DNA of 64,000 nt from Candidatus Bathyarchaeota archaeon. GTDB taxonomy: Archaea > Thermoproteota > Bathyarchaeia > Bathyarchaeales > Bathycorpusculaceae. The position numbers and the translations under genes were made by a program. The stretch covers positions 1-64,000 of the forward strand of contig CAVZKL010000009.1 in NCBI GenBank assembly GCA_963775895.1. Direction: 5' to 3'. Within the stretch, counting starts at the first letter, position 1. Each line of letters begins with the position of its first letter. Of the stretch, positions 58,860 through 64,000 are shown one piece after another. Under the pieces are notes generated by a model, which worked only from the letters and a program-made list of their open reading frames with translations, did not search any database and was not told the origin of the DNA.

Positions 58860-60731
58860 CTAACCGTAGAATTGAGGTCTTTTCGACAGATATTTAGGTA
58901 AAGGCAGAGGTCTGAACGGTTTGCTTTTGACTGTCTTTTCAACTTCAGACACAAAGTCCGCCAACTTGAGCCTGCGCAGTTCTCCAGTTGAACGGTCCCG
59001 TACAGGAAGCACTCCGGATTCAAGTTCTTTCTGACCTACAACGATTACGCATGGAACCCATTCCATTTCGGCCTCCCGCACTTTCTTCTGCAGTGTGAGC
59101 GTGCGATCGTCAATGTCTACGCGTATGTGATGTGCTTCTATCTGTTCGGCGATTTTCTCTACTTCTTTGAGAAAGCTGTCGGACACGGGGACGAGACGGA
59201 CCTGCGTGGGAGAGAGCCAAAAGGGAAGCATTGGCGGTTTGCCTTTTTTCTGCATCTTGTAGGCTTTTTCCAACAACGCGTAAACGTCTCTTTCGATAGC
59301 TCCGCTTGGGGAACAATGCAGTATGAGCGGATATTGCTTCTCTCCTTTCTCGTCAACAAACGTTATCCCATATCTCCTGGCGTTCTCAACGTCAATCTGA
59401 TCTGTTGAAAGAGCCGCAGCCTTGTCCTGATTGTCGACGTAGTTCATGTCCCACTTCATCACGTAGTAGAAGAAACGTTCGTTCCACATTTCGACCAACA
59501 TGGGCTTAGCGAAAATCTTTGCCAAGGAGGCTATGAACTTCTTGTTTTCTTCATAGAAATCCTTGGTGAATCTGATCCCCACTTCAAAGTCGTCTTTGTT
59601 GAGTCCAATCTCTTCCAGGATTTTCGTGCTCAGTTTAAACCGAACCTCGAACTCCTTCTTTGCTTGTCGTAAGTCTTCGCAGAACGCGTGGCAGTCAGGC
59701 ATGCTGAATGCTCTGAGTCGCCTCAGACCCACAACTTCACCGCTTTTTTCTTTCCTGAAACTGTACCGGGTTAACTCGTAGACTTTCATGGGTAATTGCT
59801 TGTAGGAGAACTGAGCATCATGCACCATCAAGAATTGTCCGAAGCACGCGGCGAACCTCAGGAAGAGCTCCTTATCCTCGGATTTCAGCAAGTATTGTCT
59901 GGCTGGGAAACGGTTCAGGTAATCTGCCAAGCTTGGGTGCTGAAAATCATACATCACTGGAGTCTCGACTTCCATGGCCCCATACTCGTTCATCTTCGCA
60001 CTGACAAAAGTCTCAAGTAGAGCCTTGATGAGGCGCCCCTTTGGGTACCAACGGATGTTGCCTGGATCGCTTCCAAGCTCGTAATCCGCGATTTCCAGCT
60101 TCTTCATAAGTGTTACGTGAGGAGGCATCTGCTGGCTCGCTCTCACCTTGGATATCTCGTATCTAGAAAACTTTTGCAGATTCTCGTGCCCTTTGAATTT
60201 GAACTCCTCCACCGGCACGAGTTTTCCGTCTGTCTGTAGAATGTACCAGTAGGATCTGAGCTTCTCCTCAGCCTTCACCGCTTCGGAAATCTTTTCTTCA
60301 TCCTTCTTCGCCTTACTGGTTGTTGGTAGAATTTCACGTGACTGTTCCGCGAGAGGATGCCCCTTAACCGAGATCGCAAATTGCTTGTTCCACCCGAAAG
60401 GCGCACGGTGTGTTTCTATGCCTTTCTCGGACGCGTAAGATTCCATCGCTTTCACGATCTTCAGTGCTTCTGAAGGCTTTGCCAACTTGCTGCTCAAGTG
60501 AGCGTAGGGGTAGATTAGAATGCGGTTTACTCCAAGTTTTCCGAGGAAGGCTTGGACCTCGTCAATTGCCTTCTGTCCGACTGATATATCGTCGCCTTCT
60601 TCTACGGCTGTGAAGAGCACGATCAGTTCCTCTAGACGATTCTCTCTCTTGTCTGCTTCCTCAGCGAGCGCAATCTCCTTTTCAACTGGTTTGTACACGA
60701 TGAAATTAGAATGCAACTGTAAAATTCTCAT
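58860..60731 (-). CDS. thrS: Threonine--tRNA ligase (archaeal type with editing domain)
   Basis: MRILQLH, YPYAHLS, APFGW, GHPLAE, LRFAACFG, HCSPSGAIER. Confidence 0.97.
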   Translation of the reverse strand: MRILQLHSNFIVYKPVEKEIALAEEADKRENRLEELIVLFTAVEEGDDISVGQKAIDEVQAFLGKLGVNRILIYPYAHLSSKLAKPSEALKIVKAMESYASEKGIETHRAPFGWNKQFAISVKGHPLAEQSREILPTTSKAKKDEEKISEAVKAEEKLRSYWYILQTDGKLVPVEEFKFKGHENLQKFSRYEISKVRASQQMPPHVTLMKKLEIADYELGSDPGNIRWYPKGRLIKALLETFVSAKMNEYGAMEVETPVMYDFQHPSLADYLNRFPARQYLLKSEDKELFLRFAACFGQFLMVHDAQFSYKQLPMKVYELTRYSFRKEKSGEVVGLRRLRAFSMPDCHAFCEDLRQAKKEFEVRFKLSTKILEEIGLNKDDFEVGIRFTKDFYEENKKFIASLAKIFAKPMLVEMWNERFFYYVMKWDMNYVDNQDKAAALSTDQIDVENARRYGITFVDEKGEKQYPLILHCSPSGAIERDVYALLEKAYKMQKKGKPPMLPFWLSPTQVRLVPVSDSFLKEVEKIAEQIEAHHIRVDIDDRTLTLQKKVREAEMEWVPCVIVVGQKELESGVLPVRDRSTGELRRLKLADFVSEVEKTVKSKPFRPLPLPKYLSKRPQFYG

Positions 60732-60752
60732 CGACTATGCTCCTCCCAATGC

Positions 60753-60959
60753 TTAGGCGCTGTACCGCCACTTCTCAAGTTGCTTGTCTTTTTTCGTTTT
60801 CTTCTTGTACTCCTTGTAATGTTCCTTGCACAAGTATGCGTGTCTTTCGTCGGTCACTTTCAACCCTGCTTTCTTTACCTTTGGAGCTGAAAGCGAGCGA
60901 ACAGCACTCCCGCCGCAACCGGATATGTTGCATTTCACGCCTTTTTCTATACGTCCCAC
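60753..60959 (-). CDS. Small basic zinc-finger-like protein
   Basis: CNISGC...YLCKEHYK. Confidence 0.8.
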   Translation of the reverse strand: MGRIEKGVKCNISGCGGSAVRSLSAPKVKKAGLKVTDERHAYLCKEHYKEYKKKTKKDKQLEKWRYSA

Positions 60960-61005
60960 GTTCAGTGCCTCTCTTGAATCAAATTATGTTGCAATAGAAT
61001 ACACT

Positions 61006-61919
61006 TCATCCCTTAATTTCTTTTTCATACAGAACTCGAGCCCTTCGGTAAATCTCATCACCATTGCCGAAACAAGTGGGGCCCACACCTTCAACCACGA
61101 GCGAAGCAACCGCAGAACCGACGTATGAACACCAAGAGATATCCTCGCCACGAACGTATTCTGCCAGAAAACCTCCGATGAAAGCGTCTCCAGCACCAGT
61201 GGGATCAACAAGTCTTTCAGGCGTGAACGCAGGAACTTCGTGAATCGCTCCTTCGACCGAAACAACAGCACCTTTAGCCCCCAAGGTGACTACGACGATT
61301 TTGGCACCACGATCATGAACCGCCTTGATGGCCGAGGTCAATTCAGACAACCCAGTCACAGCTTCAATTTCAACGAGTGAAGATTTGAAGATGTCAACGA
61401 GTTCTAAAATGCGCCTGTCGGTTAAGGGAACGATAGTTACGGTCCCTGCATCATCGAAACTCCTTACGAGTCCTTGTGGGTCAAGGGAAACGACTTTCCC
61501 GCAGCCTTTCAGCTCTTGGATTCCGTCAAAACCGATTTCGTGGGCTATAGATCCAACGTGAACTGCTTCAGCTTTGGGAACATGCGACAGGTCTTCAATA
61601 GTTATTGGAGAGGCCCTGCATTCTGACCGCAGAGATCGTTCTGACAAATCAGCACTGTACTTCAGTTCAAAACGGGTCGTTTGCGAATTAACATCTTTCG
61701 TAACGTTTGACAGGTCAATGCCTTCTTGCCCAAGCCACCATCTGTAAGCCTCTGGGAAGTCACAGCCAACTTTGGAAACCACGGCGACTCGAGCACCCAG
61801 ACGCCGAGCCGCAAGTGAGACATACGCGGAAGCACCGCCTAATACAACGAATCGGTTTTTCCTATCAGGTAGCAGAATTGAATCTATAGAAAGTGCCCCA
61901 CTGACACAATGTCAAACAC
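61006..61919 (-). CDS. PfkB-family carbohydrate/nucleoside kinase, frameshifted near 61890
   Basis: MFDIVSVGHF, shift, IDSI...LGGASAY...SKVG; DPTGAGDAF. Confidence 0.88.
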
Positions 61920-62162
61920 GCGCGTCTCTGACCTCGCCAACAATATCAGAGCATATTGAACTTAAAACCAGCGGAATCCTCGTTTCTTAAGCTCAGAACT
62001 CCATGCTGAGTTCCTGCACTTGACAACATTTCCATTTGTTTTTCTCAGATAGATTCTGCAGATGGTTGCGCCAATTCTGTTTTCCTCGATCGCAGTTTCG
62101 AAACACAGTTCTAACGCTAATTTTGCGCAGCGACTGGTCAACTGAAAGACGCAAAAGCATTT

Positions 62163-62516
62163 TCAAAACTTTGTTTGCAAAAGAAGAATCGCTTTGGCCA
62201 GATCTCCACCGCTCTCTTCCAGCGCCCTGCGAGCCTCGTCCAAGCTCTTCCCAGTCTGGTCGGCGACAAGCCTAACGTCCTCTTCAGCTATTCCGGCCGC
62301 TTTGTGCTCAGCGGCCTTCTCAGTGACCTTGCCTCCAGTGACCTGAAAAATCTTCTGTCCCTGCACGTCAAGTATCGCAACTTCAGGTTCTTCAATCTTG
62401 ATTTCCTTGCTGTTTGTTCTTATCACAACCTCTTGAACGTCGGCGACCGCATCCATACTCATGCCCATTCGTTGCATCATTCTCTTGGCTTCTCTTGGAT
62501 TAACACGTCTCTGCAT
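62163..62516 (-). CDS. nac: Nascent polypeptide-associated complex protein
   Basis: NPREAKRMMQRMG, UBA tail EEDVRLVADQTG...GDLAKAI. Confidence 0.93.
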   Translation of the reverse strand: MQRRVNPREAKRMMQRMGMSMDAVADVQEVVIRTNSKEIKIEEPEVAILDVQGQKIFQVTGGKVTEKAAEHKAAGIAEEDVRLVADQTGKSLDEARRALEESGGDLAKAILLLQTKF

Positions 62517-62560
62517 GATACCACCTTGACTTCAATCCTTACTATTGAATACTCATATAC

Positions 62561-63037
62561 TTAACCTTCATCCAGACAGCCTCGTCTCACCTTAACGGCG
62601 ACGCCTCGCTTAAACGCCTTCATTTCATCCCCTGACAACAAAGCGCGTCCAACAGCAAGGACCTTGCTGTTACTATCAAGGATTATCACCTCGTCTTTCG
62701 CGCGTATTTCGCTATCTGCCCTGATGACGTGCGCGGCAAACACGTCGCCTCCTTCGATGATGAATTTTGAAACGTCATCTCGAATGGTTACAAAACATTT
62801 TGCGGAAGGTGCTTTTTGGGCGATGCGGTTAGCGCCTTCGATGCTGAGGGAGAACAAACCGTCTGTCGGACGCATCGTGGCGATCCGCTTTTCACCCGAG
62901 AATACGTACCGGATACGGCCTGTTCGCATTGAGAAGGAGATTTTGACTCCATTTGGAAACAGTTTGGCGCCTACACCTCGGCCAAACTGATAATCTCCCA
63001 CGGCTCTTATTCGCACTAGAGCGTCTTCCAAACTCAC
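62561..63037 (-). CDS. PUA-domain protein (archaeal TGT C-terminal-like)
   Basis: DYQFG, TGRIR, DVFAAHV..AD..IR..DEV, GVAVKVR. Confidence 0.88.
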   Translation of the reverse strand: MSLEDALVRIRAVGDYQFGRGVGAKLFPNGVKISFSMRTGRIRYVFSGEKRIATMRPTDGLFSLSIEGANRIAQKAPSAKCFVTIRDDVSKFIIEGGDVFAAHVIRADSEIRAKDEVIILDSNSKVLAVGRALLSGDEMKAFKRGVAVKVRRGCLDEG

Positions 63038-63103
63038 GCACCGTTTGCTAAGCTTATTCGTTCGACAACTATAAAGACGACCTCAATATTAAGAGCAACT
63101 CAG

Positions 63104-63652
63104 GTGCGACAATTGCGGTGCGAAGTCTGCGGATGCAGAATCGGCGGAAAACCTTTCAACGTTATCATCGAGGGAGCAAGGCTGACCGTCTGCGGTGAAT
63201 GCGCAAAGCATGGAAAGATCTGTTACGATGAACCTAAGCCTAAACTGACATTCGCGAAGCCAAAAGCAAGACCGGTGATGTTGAGGGTTCAGCCAAAACC
63301 TAAGCCCCCATCCGTGGACACTAGCTTGGAGTTGGTTGAAGATTACGGTGTCAAAATAAGAAAGGCAAGAGAGCAACTTGGACTTTCCCACGAAGAACTG
63401 GGCAAGCGAATAAACGAGAAAGTCTCTCTCCTCCGGAAAATCGAAACTGGAAAAATGACGCCTGACGATAAGCTTGCGGCGGCACTAGAACATGCACTGA
63501 AAATCAAGCTGATCGTGCTTGCGAAGGAAGTTAAGGTCATTGAAGCCAAAATACCCAAGAAGCCAAGTCGGGAATTGACTTTTGGAGACTTGATTCAGCT
63601 GAAGAAGAAAGGCGGGGATGAGGAGGAAACTGCCGAACGAAAGCGATCCTAG
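63104..63652 (+). CDS. mbf1: Multiprotein bridging factor aMBF1
   Basis: CEVCG...IEGA.L.VC..C, ELVEDYG..IRKARE..GLS.EEL HTH, LTFGD. Confidence 0.93.
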   Translation: MRQLRCEVCGCRIGGKPFNVIIEGARLTVCGECAKHGKICYDEPKPKLTFAKPKARPVMLRVQPKPKPPSVDTSLELVEDYGVKIRKAREQLGLSHEELGKRINEKVSLLRKIETGKMTPDDKLAAALEHALKIKLIVLAKEVKVIEAKIPKKPSRELTFGDLIQLKKKGGDEEETAERKRS

Positions 63653-64000
63653 TTCAACGCCGATGGCACTTTGAAAAGCCAGCCCTTGATGAACTTGAAA
63701 GTCTCGCGAAGACCGCAGACTACGAAGTTGTTGGAAGACTGGAGCAAGTCAGAGAACCGGATGCACGTTATCAAATAGGCGCCGGAAAGGTTGAGGAACT
63801 AGCCGAACTCGTGAAGAAAAACGGCGCGGAAAAAGTCATATTCGACAACCTGCTAAGACCTCTTCAATCTTACAACCTTGCCAAAGCCACAAATGTTGAG
63901 GCCATCGACCGTTTTCAACTAATCCTCGAAATCTTTACGAGAAGAGCCACAACCACCGAAGCAAACCTACAAATTCGTTTAGCGAAACTCCAATATGATC
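63618..64000 (+). CDS. hflX: GTPase HflX, 5' part (runs off the window; start appears frameshifted near 63636)
   Basis: KAILVQ...LDELESLA.TADYEV...IGAGKVEEL...DRFQLILEIF.RRA.T.EA.LQ..LA.LQY. Confidence 0.9.

Overview
Archaeal chromosomal window. Topo VI, aIF5B, thermosome, ABCE1, Cgi121, NAC, MBF1, archaeal-type ThrRS/ProRS and a BHB-intron tRNA-Glu show it is archaeal; a Bathyarchaeia-like TACK lineage is my inference from gene content. From about 6.3 kb to the end it is mostly core genome: translation/tRNA genes, F420 synthesis, glycolysis and alpha-glucan metabolism, and amino-acid fermentation (two AORs, AcdA, Tdh/Kbl, aminotransferases). The standout is the first 6.2 kb, an accessory island cut into short, unrelated gene modules by eight copies of a near-palindromic TAG-CGCGCG-CTA-type site. 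Two of these sites begin exactly at the stop codon of decayed tyrosine-recombinase 3' ends on the minus strand (...LLRHKNIANT*IYT*L...LFKKRN* and ...LMLFRKRK*). This suggests an integrase-linked cassette-accretion system that does not use attC. Also seen: two micro-ORFs absent from the ORF track (a 25-aa Glu/Trp peptide before ABCE1 and a 21-aa Lys-rich peptide in the island) and about 8 single-base frameshifts that look like assembly errors. All calls come from reading and hand translation; no searches were run.
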